Source: Ginglymostoma cirratum (Eukaryota). From it: DNA of 64,000 nucleotides. The stretch covers positions 563,770 through 627,769 of the forward strand of contig JAHRHZ010000092.1 in the NCBI GenBank assembly GCA_024137785.1, read 5' to 3'. The notes under the pieces were generated by a model. It did not search any database. It had not been told where the DNA came from and was given only the letters and a program-made list of their open reading frames with translations. The position numbers were made by a program, and so were the translations under genes. This document shows, piece by piece, positions 1-13,981 of the stretch; within the stretch, counting starts at the first letter, position 1, and each line of letters begins with the position of its first letter.

Positions 1-1655
1 GCTTTGCTTTCCCTTGGCTATGAAACTTAAGGGGTTAACTGGCTTGCGGTAATTTTTGGCATTCCATGACGCATCAATAGCATTTATGAGACATTGTTTT
101 TCATTTGTCAGGCTTTAATTCCAGTTTCCTCTATGCTTTCATAATCCTTGACTCCCTTGCGAATCCAATATCTAAGACAGCCTCAAATCTATTCAATGAG
201 ATAGCCATCATTGCTCTCAGGGAAAGTGAATCCAAAGTTTAATGACTGAGAGACAAAAAACAAGTCCTCATCTCAATTATTTTGAAACTATCCCCCAGCT
301 CTAGATTCCTTAGTGAGGGGTAACATGCTGTTATATGTATCCATCCTCTCAAGTCCCTGCAGAATCTTAGACATTTCAATAATATCACCTCTCATTGTTT
401 GCAACTCCAATGGTTATAGAACCAACCTACTAAGCTTTCCTCATAACGCAGCTCTGCCATCCCAGGGATCAACCCAGTGCAATTTCTCTGAATTGTCTCC
501 AATCAAGTACATTCATCCTTAAATAAAGGAAGAGAAACTACACACAATATTCTAGATGTGGGTTCATTAATGTCCTATACAGTTGCTGCAAAACATTTCT
601 ACTCTAAACTTTGTATCCCTTACAATAAAGGGCAACATTCAATTTGCCTTCTTAATTACTTGTTATCCCACAATAAAAACTTTGATATTTGTGATCATGT
701 TCATGCATGAGGAGACCCAAAACAATTTGTGTTGCAGCATTTTTCAGTCTCTCTAATACTATTCTGCTTTTCCATTTGTTAGGGCTGCCCATGACTGAGC
801 AGCACAAAATGGCCAACAGCTGCCCCTCTAGTTCTGCAGAACATGGCTGAAAGTAGTTAGAGAGCTTTGCAAATATTTTCTTAATGTAGTTTCCACATGT
901 GGAACAATAGCGGGTCTGTATAATCAAGGTTACTAGTTGGGATGGAACATGCACCTGCAGTGGCTTACATAGATAAGAATGTTTCACACTAATTAGTTGC
1001 TTTTTGAATTACTTAAATAAGCCTGATACAATATTAAGAGTATGTTTTAGTTAAGATCCTTCAGATAATCATAGACGTAGATTCCAATGTAGTTTTCGAT
1101 CCACATATATACAAAAAAGAAGTCACTAAAAGCATTACAGCAAAAGGTTCAAGCCGTTTCAAGCTGTTAGAAGTGTCCCTCTTCCCCACCCTTATCATTA
1201 CAGGGAGGACAGAGATTATCAGACATTGGAATGTGAATTGAATGAACACATCGAGGCACAACTTGTTGGCTAAAGAATTCTAACATTAGATGAAACTGCA
1301 CAACTTTGCTGGAACTGATCAAAATCAATACCTTTTGTATTCCCTGTCATGAGAAATTTAAAAGTTCCTGATCTAATTAATTGGCAGTTCAACACATGGC
1401 AGCAAGCAACTTGTTAATATAGAATACCAAGGATCCACTCACAGTTGGACAACCCAATGCTATTGACCACTAGTATACAGGGGGAAGGGATGTACACTGT
1501 GGTTTCAGGGCGGGGCAAGGAAAATATATAAAATGAGAATCTGCTTGCACTAGGGTAGAGTGCATTCAACACAACCCTGTGTGGAGTGTCTCAAATGCCT
1601 CTCCCTGCATGGTAACGGTAAATGCTTGAATAAACAGCCATGTCCCCGAACTCTG

Positions 1656-2150
1656 AAAGAACAAGAACTGCAGATGCTGGAGTCAGTCGATACTGTGTGG
1701 AGCAGGAGCAACACAGCAGGTCAGGCGCAGAGGAGTAAGGAGAGTTGACATTTCAGGCCTAGAGCCTTCATCAGGACTGGGGAGTGGGAGGGAGCTGGGA
1801 AATAAATAGCTGGAAGAAGGGTGGGGCTAGGGGAAGGTGGATGCAGGTAGGGGTCATGGGGATTGGTCAGTGGGAAGGGTGGGGCAGATAGGTGGGGAAG
1901 GAGATAGACAGGTAGTGTCAGGTCAAGGAGGTGGGGATGAGAGGGAGGGTTGGACATGCGATAAGGCCAGGGGTGGGGAGATTTTGAAACTAATGAATTC
2001 TTTGGTTAGGCTATCAGGCTGTCAGCTCCTGATGCAGAATATGAGGTGCTTTTCCTCCAGTTTTCATGTGGCATCATTGTGGCACTGGAGGAGACCAGGA
2101 TAGGCATTCACTAAGGGAGTGGGAGAGACAGTTAAAATGGTTAGCAACCG
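1656..2150 (-). mobile_element. Penelope 3' fragment
   Basis: Homologous to 49452-50060; TSD gaactctg at 1648-1655 and 2151-2158. Confidence 0.8.
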
Positions 2151-2339
2151 GAACTCTGCATCCTCCTGAAATTTACTCCTGGTCGGGTCGCTCCCACACT
2201 ATTTGTCTTGACAAAATCCAAAATCTCACATCTTTCCACATCACATTCTTCCTTCCAAATGTTTCCTCACTCACTTCACCTACCTTTGTCTATTTGAAGA
2301 CTGTTTGAGTTCTTTCCTTCAGCTTGCTTTCCTATCAAA

Positions 2340-3270
2340 GACTCCAACGATGTATACCTCTCAATTTTGTAAACCTCTACTAAGTTACACCTCATCTCTC
2401 AATGTTCAAGTGCAAACAAATTAAGTCTGTCCAATATCTCCTCATAGTTAATACGGTCAAAACTAACCAACATCCTGGTAAACTGTTCCTGTAGTCTCTC
2501 CAAAGCCTTCACATCCTTCTGGTATTACGGTGGCTAGAATTGTATACAATATTCAAAATGTGGCCAAACTGAAGTTTTACACAGCAGCAACATGATGTGC
2601 TAATTTTTATAATCAATGCCCTAACCGATGAAGGCAAGCATGCTATATCCTTCTTGACCACCTTATCCACTTATATTGCCACTTTCAGGGAACTGTGGAC
2701 CTGTAAGGCTAAATCCCTCTATGTTGATGTTACTAAGAGTTCTGCAATTTATTGTATAGTTCCCTCCTGCATTAGAACTTCCAAAATGCTATCACCTCAC
2801 ATTTTTCAGATGCCTAAGTCTCCACCCTATCTATATCCTGCTGTATCTTCTAGCAATCCTTTTCCCTATCCACAGCTCCCTCAATCTTTTTGTGATCCAC
2901 AAATTTAGTAATCAGGCAACCTGTGTTTTCCTCCATATCATTTATACATGTATTACAAACAACAGGGGTCCCTGCACTGATTCCTGTGGAATACCAGGGT
3001 AACAAATCTCCAGCCAGAAAAATACCCTTCCATTGTTATTCTCTATCTGCTATGATTAAGTCAGTTCTGTCACCTTCTCACCAGCTCACGCATATCACAT
3101 ATTACTTCACCTTTTGATTCAGCCTGCCAACTCTTACCAAAGATCTTGCTAAACCCGATATAGACAACATCTACCACCCTACACGCATCAATCACCTTTG
3201 TCACTTCTACAAAAAAACTTAATTTGTGAGATATAAACTTCCCTGCAGAAGTCCATGCTGCCTATTGTTA
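2340..3270 (-). mobile_element. Decayed CR1 LINE fragment (continues ~4450-5620)
   Basis: Nucleotide similarity to the CR1 at 36285-38030 (catcctggtaaa, gatgaaggcaagcatg, ccctgcagaagtccatgc). Confidence 0.75.
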
Positions 3271-3408
3271 TCGACCAGACTAAACCCATTGAAAACATGT
3301 CAAGGCGATAGCCTAGATCCTAGGTAAAAGGTACTGCAGATGCTGGAGAATCCGAGATAACAAGCATGGGGCTGGATGAACACAGCAGGTCAAGCAGCAT
3401 CATAGGAG

Positions 3409-3808
3409 NNNNNNNNNNNNNNNNNNNNNNNNNNNNNNNNNNNNNNNNNNNNNNNNNNNNNNNNNNNNNNNNNNNNNNNNNNNNNNNNNNNNNNNNNNNN
3501 NNNNNNNNNNNNNNNNNNNNNNNNNNNNNNNNNNNNNNNNNNNNNNNNNNNNNNNNNNNNNNNNNNNNNNNNNNNNNNNNNNNNNNNNNNNNNNNNNNNN
3601 NNNNNNNNNNNNNNNNNNNNNNNNNNNNNNNNNNNNNNNNNNNNNNNNNNNNNNNNNNNNNNNNNNNNNNNNNNNNNNNNNNNNNNNNNNNNNNNNNNNN
3701 NNNNNNNNNNNNNNNNNNNNNNNNNNNNNNNNNNNNNNNNNNNNNNNNNNNNNNNNNNNNNNNNNNNNNNNNNNNNNNNNNNNNNNNNNNNNNNNNNNNN
3801 NNNNNNNN
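3409..3808. other. Assembly gap (400 N)
   Basis: N run; left side ends inside a PLE terminus. Confidence 1.
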
Positions 3809-6040
3809 ACAGGATTTCAGAAGTCTCACACCTTTACAAACGCTTCCCACCTAATCTTATTTGAGACAGTTTCCTCATACACCTGTGCAGGAAGATAAAG
3901 ATTTACAAAGTTTATACCTAATTCTAGTCGGGCAGGAAGTTTTAAGGCAGTGTCTGCATACCTTTGTGGAAGCAGATAAAGAGCATTAAATTATAGAGAA
4001 TATAGAAATCAAAGGGATGTTATCCCAATAACATCTCACTCCAATATAGTAACACACCATAAACACATCCGTGCAAAGGCAAATTCAGTAATATAGATTG
4101 TCTCACATGCAATCTCACAGTGGAAGAGAACCCCAACTTTTAGCTGTAATAGAGAGGAATAAGATTTTCCACATCCAGCTTCAAGACCCCAGCAACAGCT
4201 ACTGAAATCTAAACTAAATATTCTGGTTCTGTGGGAGCTTGACCCCACATATTCAGGCTCCTTCTATTATTCCAACTTTAAAAAAACCCAAGGCCTCACA
4301 AGTTGTTTATTTTATTTGATCTGAGCAGACTGCTATATACCTCTGTCTAAACCTTTCCTCAATAAAAGGACAAAATACATCACTAATAAGTCCATACTTT
4401 TCAAAATGAGAAAATCCCATGCCTAAGAATCTTCTCCAATAGTTTCCCTGTCACTAATGTAAGGCTCAACGGCCTGTAATTTTTCAGATTATCCCTATTG
4501 CCCTTCTTAAGTAAAGGAACATTATGCTGGCTATTCTTCAGTCCCCTGGGACCTCACCTGTGATTAAACAGTATACAAAGATTTCATACGAGGCCTCAAC
4601 AATTTCCTCACCTGCCTCCCTCGCATTTGGGATAGAATCCATTAGGTCCTTGAGGACTTGTTTACCTTAATGCATTTAAAAACACATATTGACAAGCCCC
4701 AGAAGATCAATATACCCCTCTTGAGGCTCACCATCCACCATGTCCTTCTCCTTTGTGAATACCAATGGAAAGTATTTGGTAAGGACCTCACACACTTCTG
4801 TTGGCTCCATACATAAGGCTCCATACATCCTTTGTCCTTGAATGGACCTGCTCTAATTCTAGCTACCCTCTTGTTCCTTATCTACGTATAAAACATCTTG
4901 GGACTTTCCTTTATCCTGTTGGCCAAAGACATTTTATGGCCCCTTTTACCCCTCTTAATTTGTTGTTTGAGTTCTTTCCTGCCATCTTTCTCTTCTTTGT
5001 GGGGTCTTTAATTTATCTCTCAATTTCTCTTGTACCTAAGGTTCCTAAAACTTACCACCCTTATTGCACAGGAACATGCTGGTCCTGAACTCTATTTCAT
5101 TTAACCTTTAAAAGATTCCCACTTGCTAGATTTACCTTCAAACAACTGCCTCAGTGTATATTCCCCAGTTCCTGCCTTATATTGTTGTAATTAGCCTTCC
5201 CCCAATTTAGTACTTTCTCTTGACAACTATTCTTATCCATACCCACTTAAACTCACAGAATGAGGGATACTGTTCCCAAAATGCTCCTGCACTGAATTTT
5301 CAATCATATGGCCAGCATCATTCTTCATTACCAGATTTAGCATGGCCCTTCCCTAGTCGTTTCAAGCATCTATCCTGATTACACCTAACAAATCCCCCTC
5401 CCCCCTCATCCAAGCCCCTGGCACGAAGCCAGTCGCAGTCAATATCGAAGTTAAAATCACTCACCAGAGCAATCCTGTTGCCACGCTTTTTTCCACAATC
5501 TGTCCACATATCTGTTCCTCTACCACCCACTAGCTATTGAGAGGTATGTAGTTCAATCCCATCTAAGTGATTTGACCCTTCCTATTCCTGAGTTCTATCT
5601 ATATGGCCTTTGGTTATTGTTTTAGTGAATATGAGCCAATCCCTCCACTCTATTAGAGATAGTAGGAGCTGCAGATGCTGGAGAATCTGAGATAACAAGG
5701 TGTAGAGCTGGATGAACACAGCAGGGCCAAACAGCATCTGAGGAGCAGGAAGGCTGACGTTTCGGGCCTAGACCCTTCTTCAGAAATTTTTCTGAAACTT
5801 CTGAAGCTCTACACCCTCCACTGAATTGTCAGATCCACCAACCTTCAAGGTGTCTTGACAACTTCGGACTGCCGGCAGCATCCAATCAGGGAGTGAGGGG
5901 CGGGGAGGATGTTTGGTTGGGGCGGGGCTATCAATGTGAGTAAAGGGTCTGGGCTCGGCTCTCAATCAGAAGTGCACTGTCTGTTGAATGTTGTCTCACT
6001 AGTGATAAAGATTGCTAAAAAGCGAACCTTGAAGTGGAAG

Positions 6041-6560
6041 ATGTATCCGTTGTTAGTTCTGTTCATCGTATTTTACTGTAAGGGACTTTCTAATTTACAA
6101 TTATATTTCAACCTCTAATTTTCTTTCAACTGGCTATCCTTCACTCCTGCTCTCATTCTATTTCTCTAGATTCCTCTTTTTTCATTTGTTACTTTCTTTT
6201 TCCTTTCTCGACTTTGTCCCCATTTACTGACCTCTTCCTCTCCCCGTCTTTTCCTTAGATGTGAAATCACAGTATATCCACCAGAACCCCGCCGCCGTCT
6301 CCAAATTTCCCGAAGAGGGTGTGAACCTGCAATGCAGCGTGGAGGGGAGCAGCAGTAGTAGTCTCTACTTGTACTGGTACAGACAGTCCCCCGGAAAAGA
6401 ACTAAAGCTGATGTTTTACTCCAGTACAGCACAATACGTGAATCCACAGAAGCCGGTGGACGGTTTCACCGCCGAGCGACCGAGTAGCTACGAGTTCTAC
6501 CTGAAGGCCTCCAGCCTGTGGGTGAATCACTCGGCCGTGTATTACTGCGCCTGGAGTCTT
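6041..6560 (+). CDS. TRBV: TCR beta V gene segment V1 (TRBV30-like family), apparently functional; leader exon 6041-6077, intron 6078-6258, V exon 6259-6560
   Basis: Leader ATG TAT CCG TTG...TAC T|gtaag (MYPLLVLFIVFY); acceptor ttccttag|AT; open V-set domain with Cys (LQCSV), YWYRQ and YYCAWS; followed by a perfect 23-RSS. Confidence 0.93.
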
Positions 6561-6599
6561 CACAGTGACTCGGAGAGAGGAAGCAGCTCAACAAAAACC
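6561..6599 (+). promoter_or_regulatory. 23-bp-spacer recombination signal sequence of V1
   Basis: CACAGTG + 23 nt (actcggagagaggaagcagctca) + ACAAAAACC. Confidence 0.97.
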
Positions 6600-9500
6600 C
6601 CAAAGGCGAAAGGAAGCAACTTTTATTGTCAAAACCTGATGGTCAGAAATGCAACAGCAACCAGAGACAACTGTTTATACAATCGTTAAGTGTTCTCAGG
6701 TGCTCCTATTTTAAGGGGAAATAATCCAGCCCAAAATATGTTTTCCACTTCCCCCGACACCAGCACCTGCCACTGATCAGCTGCTATCTCTTTCATCACA
6801 ACTGAAGTTCTCATCTTGCTGCCGTGCTGATTGAAGTCTGTGTATTCTGTTCTAATTCCTAATAATTATCCCCCAGAGTCTTAATGAAGCGGATTCACTC
6901 CCAACCTTTCTCAATGTCAGATCAGCTTTCTCATGCTATCGCCTGGAGCTCAGGCTGTAAGGCCCTGAAGGCTTTACATTTCAAATACAATGGATTTAAT
7001 GCTTGGATATGCCACATCATCGATACCAGTCATGCATGATCTTGTAAGCACATCCTTTATTCAAATAAAAACCTTCCAAACTTCAATCTTTGCCTGAGCA
7101 ACTTGCAGCCTTGAATTGTGATAAACTCCATGCTAAATTATTTTGTTCTTTACACATTTTGCAATAATGATAAAGTGAAAGAATGAATAGAACGAGAAAA
7201 AAAAGAAACTGAAAATTTAAAAAATGGTGTAGATCAAGTGAGATAGTTTATTTTTCTTCTCAGAACTGTTTGTGTAATCCAGCAGCAACTTCAAAGTAGT
7301 AAAGCATCTCTGGCCATGAACGTTAACGGATAAAGTTTGACACAGAACTTCCTAAGAACGGGCGACCAAAGCTCGATAAGAGACATTGGTCTTAAGGAGC
7401 ATCTTAAAAGGAGAACAAAAGAGGGGGAAGGTTTCGAAAGCCAAATCCAGAGTTTAGGGCTGAGACACTCGAAAGCACAGCCATTGACCATGGAGCAAAG
7501 AAAACCGAGGTTATCCAAAATGCTGGAATTGCCAGATTGCAACATTCTCTGAAGGTTTTAGAGCTAGTGGAGGTGACAGTGATAGGGAGAGACAAGACCC
7601 ATGTGGGGGCTTTAAGATAATAAGATGAGAATTTTAAAAGTTGAGGCATGCTGTACTCGGAGATCAGTGAACCATGGTCTGACGGATGAACAGCTTTGGA
7701 TGAGCTGAAAAGCGGATACAAACAAAGTCTAGTCAAAGCCTGGATGTAACAAACTACGGCTGAAGGTTTCAGCAGCAGATGGGTTGAGGCAGGGTCAGAA
7801 ATGCAACAGCAACCAGAGACAACTGTTTATACAACAGCTTCCCTTGGGAATATACCAATAATATTAACCACATGCTTCACTTTAAGTCAGTTATTTGAAA
7901 GCAATAAATTGCATTTAAATATTTAGTTACAGCATAAAAATGAGGTTGTAGTCAATTGGTTATAGTCTGTTCCAACACACTCTATTCAAGCTTACTGTAA
8001 AAGGCAGCTTACACAGATCTCTTCTATAAAAAGTGAAACATCACCTTCGGTGTGAAGTGACATTGGACAACACTTCTCAGGAGTAATAAATTATCCTTAT
8101 TCTGTTCGCACATAACCACAAGTAGTAAATGTGCTCCATTGTGTATTTCTAACTTAGTACAAACCACCTAACTTCAGAATTCTTTATGGTTCTTTTATTC
8201 AGACTTCAGGGGTCAGTCGATAGCACATGGACTGTAATGGTTCAAGAAGGCAGCTCACCACCACCTTCTCAACTAGGGACGGGCAATAATTACTGGCCAG
8301 CCACTGGTGCCTATTTCCCACAAATGTAACAAGGATGCTTAGCTCCACGGAATTCCATTGCAACATTCTGAAATGAGGTGAGCCGTTGGAACAAGCCAAG
8401 TATTCCAAAATGCTACTGTCTTCATGGTAGACAAAAGGAATCTCTAGTTACATCAATCAAGCTGGATCAATAACAATGATTAGGCATGTTCACATTCTTT
8501 GTTAATACACGGTACTGTCTCATACTTTTGGTAGAATCATGGGCAACAAGGAAGAGGATAGAAAGTAATTACGTGTAGAGATACTGTCAGAACAAAGAAC
8601 AGTACAGCACAGGAACAGGCCCTTCAATTCTGAGCCAACACTCGATGCCTTTACAGCTAAAACCTTTTGCTGTCCGCTGTCTGTACCCCTCTGTCCCCTG
8701 CTTCTTTGTGTATGCGTCAAGATGACTGTCAAAAGTTGCAGTTGCATCCGTCTCCGCCACGTTCTCTAGTAACGCATTCCAGCACTGACCATCCTGTGTT
8801 TTAAATCAAAAAAACTTGCCTCTCACATTTCCTTTAAACTTACCCCTTTTACCTTAAACTTCTGTCCCCCTAGTGATTAACATTTCTGGCCGGGGAAGAA
8901 CTATCCGTTCCATTCATGCCTGTCAATTTTGTGAACTTTTGGCAGATTGCCCTTCATCCTTCGACGTTCAGTACCCTCCAAGGCAGGCCAGTGAATCATT
9001 TCTACACCCTGTCAAAGTCGGTAGTGTGGTAGCGTTGAGGGTGTATATGAAATTGAAAACGATCAAGCTCTCAACTACCAAGAAAGTTTGAACAGGTTCG
9101 TATCGGTTGAAAAGCCGGAAACTGTTTCAAATTCTGAAGTGGGTTCAATAGTTTAGGCTCTGCGGAACTTCTAAACTCGTCGTCACGGCCGTCCTTTCTA
9201 AGAGTAAATCCAACTGGAAAAAGTCAACAGAAACATTTTTTTTTAACCGAGATAGTAGTAAGAATGTGGAATTCGTGGAATTCGCAGAATCATAGAATGG
9301 ATTCGGAACAAGGCATTGAAAATAAGCGACTGACAGAAAATGGAAGGGAAAATACCAGGACGATTTAAAATTATTTTTCTATTGGTGCAACAGAGGGCGC
9401 TCTAGCAACATGAAATTCACCTGGGGTTGGTTCAGCTTTAACCGTTTAACGTAGAAATATAATTACTAGGAATAGAGTAAGCCATTCAGATCTTTAAAGC

Positions 9501-10259
9501 TATTCTGCGATTCAGTACGATCATGGCTGATCCTCTGTTTCAATACCAAATTCCTGCTTTCTCCCCCACCTGCCCCCAAACCCTGACGCCTTTGAAATTA
9601 AAATTAAACTATCTCTTTCTTGAATACATTCAGTGACTAGGCCTCCACGGCCTTCTGTAGTAGAGAACTTCACAAGTTCACCTATTGAAAGAATCTTTGG
9701 GAGAAAAGCGGGAGGGTCCAAGGAAATGAGGCCCCATCTAAATTGGGGGAAGACCAGGAGTTACTCCACATCAGCCCGAGGATAGAATAAGTCCATTATA
9801 ATCAAAGACTATCACCAACGAGTCCATGACTTCAGGCACGACCCAAAACCGCCGCTCAGACTCCGCCATTCTACAGAACTGTTTCGGGATCGGTGAAATG
9901 TTTCTCATCTGTCACGATTGTATATTTTCTTTATCTAATGAAACTGCTGCTCCTTCACAAATTCAACAAAATAGCAGTAGTTGCTACAACACAATTGCAC
10001 AAATCAACAGATTCCCACTTTAAGCTGTAACTGCCAGCGCTTTGGACACTGTTCCACTGGAGGTTCCACATGCAACAAATCACACGGAGAGCGGGGCTTT
10101 CAGTCCGGATGGGAGGGGCATGTGTACACACAAGTCATTTCCTGAATCCTTCAGGAGGTTTCTCATTGATTTGCAAAAAGCTGGTTTCAGTTCCAAACAA
10201 GATTGGACTCTGCTGTTCACGTTTAGTCCCCCACGACAGGAAAAGCTTAAAGTAAAAAG

Positions 10260-10723
10260 ATGTATCTCTTAATGAGCCTCATGATGTTATTTCAATGTAA
10301 GTGATTATTCATCGAATAAATTGAGGGAACAGCCATCCTTTACGCATTATTTTCTTTTAGAAAAAAACACTTCCTTTCTCCTTCTTGGTAACAATTGCCC
10401 TGTTTACTGACCTGTTCCCTTTCTCAGACGTGAAGACAGCGAGGGTCAATCAGACGCCCAGCAGTGTCACCAGGTCCCTCGGGAAGGCAGTCGAGTTGAA
10501 ATGCACGGTGGAGGATGAGAGTAGCGATTACATGTACTGGTACAGACAATACCCGGGAAAAGAGCGGCAGTTTATGTTTTATTCTGCAGGTGCAGAAAAT
10601 GTGAATGAAGAAGGAGCTGCGGACGGTTTCACCGCTAGGCGACCGAGTGGCTCTGACTTTAACATGGAGTCTCGCAGCCTGCAGGCGCGTCACTCGGCTG
10701 TTTACTACTGCGGCTGGAGTGCT
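10260..10723 (+). CDS. TRBV: TCR beta V segment V2 (TRBV30-like, divergent); leader 10260-10296, V exon 10428-10723
   Basis: Leader MYLLMSLMMLFQ T|gtaagt; acceptor ttctcag|AC; open frame VKTARVNQTP...LKCTV...YMYWYRQ...HSAVYYCGWSA. Confidence 0.9.
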
Positions 10724-10763
10724 CACAGTGACTCAAGAGAAACGGAGCAGCTCAACAAAAACC
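10724..10763 (+). promoter_or_regulatory. RSS of V2 with 24-bp spacer
   Basis: CACAGTG + 24 nt (actcaagagaaacggagcagctca) + ACAAAAACC. Confidence 0.92.
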
Positions 10764-10945
10764 CCAAAGATAGCAAGAAGCAGCTGTCAACGATACCGCT
10801 CATACTTTCATCCTGCTGAGGAAGCTCTTGCATCCTAAAGCCGCAGCTCTCTCCCCTCCCCATTTAGAGAGACAGGACAGCTGTACAACCGGAGATTTTT
10901 TTTTAAAAGATGACGTTACAGCAATGATGCGAAAGTTGAGGGATT

Positions 10946-11495
10946 AGAACATAGAACAGTACAGCAGAGTGCAGGCCCTTCAGCCCACGATGTTGTGCCG
11001 AACTTTTACCCTAAATCTAAGGTCTATCTAACCTCCGCCCCTACCTTATAGTATCATCCATATGCCTATCTAATAGCTGCTTAAATGCCCCGAATGAGGC
11101 CGACTCTACTATCTTCTCCGTCAATGCATTCCACGCCCCTACCACTCTCTGAGTAAAGAACCTACCTCTGACGTCTCCCCGATATCTACCTCCACTCACT
11201 TTAAAACTATGCCCCCACCCCCTCATAATAGCTACCTACACCCGAGGAAAAATCCTCTGGCTGTGTACTCTATCTATACCTCTGATCATTTTGTACACCT
11301 CTATCAAGTCACCTCTCATGCTTTGTCGTTCTAAAGAGAAAAGTCCTCGCTCTCTCAACCTTTCCTCGTAAGACCGTCCCTCCATTCCAGGCAACATCCT
11401 GGTAAATCCCCTCTGCACCTTTTCCAACGCTTCCACATCTTTCCTGTAATGAGGCGACCAGAACTGGACACAATACTCCAGATGTGGCCGAACCA
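10946..11495 (-). mobile_element. CR1 LINE 3' fragment
   Basis: RPHLEYCVQFWSPHYRKDVEALEKVQRGFTRMLPG; RFFTQRVVGAWNAL; tagaacatagaac tail. Confidence 0.9.
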
Positions 11496-11784
11496 GGATT
11501 ATAACTATCGGAAAGAACTGAATGACATAGACGAACATTTTGCTGAGTCTAACTCCTTCCTGAAAACATGCATTTTTTTTTGGTCTCAACACGTTTCTGA
11601 TTGAGAGAATTCCATAGGCTCATTATTCTCTGGATGCAGAAATTTCCCTTCATGTCAGTTCTAAATGGCCTACCCTGTATCATTAAACTGTGGCCCTGGT
11701 TCTGGACTCCTTGATCATCGAAAATGTGCTTCCTGCGTTTGTGTTGCTATTTTATGGATTTCTATGAGATTCCATCCCCACCCC

Positions 11785-12372
11785 GGTCAAACCCCCTCAA
11801 AGTATATTAAGAAGGTAGTCTAGACCCTAACTTTTACTTATTTTAAAGGTAAGTCGTTGCGTTCGGATGCAATTTGATTGGTCAAACTACTCGATGCAAG
11901 CAAACTTCATTTTTACACTACAGTTAAAGTACAGGCAAAATAAAAACAAAACTGGTTTAACTGTAACCTCATCAAAATGCTTAACAAAATAATATATAAC
12001 TATTAATAATGAAGTGTTCCAACATAGTAATATACTATGTACACGCCCTTGGCAAAGGTAAATTCAGTAAAATAGATTGTCTCACGTGCAATTCTAGCAG
12101 CAGGAAGAGAACCCCAGCTTTTAACTGTAAGAGACAGAGGAAGAAGCGTTTCCACCTTCAACACTCCAGCGACTGCCGAAATCTAAATCTAAAAATCCTT
12201 TTTCTGTAGGAGTTTGGCCCTACCCACTCAGACTGTTTCTATTGTTCCAACTTTAAAACAAAGGCCCAAGGTCTCAACAGCTATTTACTTCATTGATTTT
12301 GTGCCTCTGTCTCCACCTTCTTCATTAAAAAGCAGGACAAAACACACCTCTTCAAGCCATAATATCATGACA
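11785..12372 (-). mobile_element. Probable solo LTR; related copy at ~3265-4385 spans gap 1
   Basis: Starts TGTCATGA on the minus strand, flanked by cccacccc on both sides; block gcaaaggtaaattcagtaaaatagattgtctcac...gaagagaacccca shared with 4070-4380. Confidence 0.55.
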
Positions 12373-12755
12373 CCCACCCCTCTTTTAAAAATGAACCATC
12401 AATATACAAAGATGGCTTCATCTTTCATAGCCTTTAGTTTTTACGCTATTAAAAAACTACAATACGTTACATTGACTCATGCAGATATGCAGATAAAAGC
12501 ATGCAGATATTCACTACTATTTCAGTCCGTTTTTCCCGCCACCGAATGCCTCTATCTTCCTTCTATAATGTCACGACAATGCACCGGCAATTATGTTCCC
12601 TCCTCCTGCGACAACTATAATTTTCAAACTGAATGGATGCAATAATAAGCTCTACACAAAGCAGTTTGGATTTTTTATCCCTATATTTTCCAAAAACTTT
12701 AGGGGGTTATGATCAGTATATACAACTGTCTCAGACACATTACTAGCAATATAAA

Positions 12756-13237
12756 GACAACGCAGTATGGAGCTGGAGGAACACAGCAGGTCACGCAATA
12801 TCTGAGGAGTTGGAAAGTCGACGTTTGCAGTAGGGACTCTTCTTCAGTCTTTGAAGACTCTGGATGTACTGCAGGTAGTGGTTGTCGTGATTTGGGCCAA
12901 ATTGGGATGGCTTGAATGTTGTTTGGAGTCCGTTGGGGATGACCTAGCTGCGTGGGCAGGTACCTAGAAAGGAGCTGTGGCTGTAGTACCGGGTTTGTTT
13001 GAGTACATAGTGGAACAGCTTCAGGACGGAGGAGATTACCAGTGGGTTGCGGTGGGCGAGAGATCCACTTAGATCTTTCCAGAGGGAGGAGGACAACTTC
13101 TTCAAGGTAGGCATCCTTGGAAGAAGCTTCACGGTGGAAGTCGACTTCCCTACTCCTCTGATGCTGCCTGACCCGATGTGTTCCTCCAGATCCACACTGT
13201 GTTGTCTCTGACTTCAGCATCTGCAGTTCTTGTTGTC
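12756..13237. mobile_element. Inverted Penelope-derived element
   Basis: Opposing PLE ends; 15-bp TSD tactagcaatataaa at 12741-12755 and 13238-13252. Confidence 0.85.
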
Positions 13238-13279
13238 TACTAGCAATATAAATGTTGCATTGCCAACACCAAACTGAGG

Positions 13280-13585
13280 TGACACAGCGATTAGCAGTGC
13301 TTAGCACGGCTCCCTCACGGCACCAGGAACATGGGTTCACTCCAGTCTCGAGTCTGGCGTCTTTGTGGAATTTCTCCTCGTGAACCTCGAGAAACACATT
13401 CTCCCCGTGTTTGCGTGGGTTTCCTCCGGGTGCTCCAGTTTCGTCCCACAGTCCAAATATGTGCAGGTTAGGGTGGATTGGCCACGGGATAGGGTCGAGG
13501 AGTTGGTTTGGTTTGGATTCTATTTGAAGGGTTGGTATGACTTGATGGGTCGAGTGACCTGTTTCCACGCAGTAGGGATTCTATG
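13280..13585 (+). mobile_element. V-SINE (HE1-like)
   Basis: V-domain ttctccccgtgtttgcgtgggtttcctccgggtgctcc; same tail as the 62573 copy. Confidence 0.8.
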
Positions 13586-13981
13586 AAACTCAAGGTCTCC
13601 TCAATTGTGGAATATTTCGGGTGATGATTATTTAATTTTCTGGAAGAATACCCAATAGGCCTTTCCGTCTTTGGTTTGTTTACTGGTTAGGGTCAAACTC
13701 CAATTTTTTTCTTCATATGCTACTGTACAGAACCGAACTGTTTTAGTGACTATGTTTGAAATAAAGATATAGTCAGGAATAAAGTATATTTTTTGAAATA
13801 AAAAATGGAAACAGAAAAGAGATCTTCTCAGTTCCTCCAAACTGCTATTCTGTATTAGAAGTCATGTCACGTCTACTTGTGAATGCACTTGGGACTATTT
13901 GGGAATCCAGTCGTGATTGCTTGCATTTTCATTAACATAGTCTGAGGAGGAATTTCAAATAAACAAGCACGCTAATTCTGA

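Noticed and set aside
3320-3854. ORFs 3320-3854 and 32338-32856
   Set aside because: Artefacts of N runs.
12699-13568. 289-aa minus-strand ORF
   Set aside because: Chance read-through of a V-SINE plus a PLE insertion.
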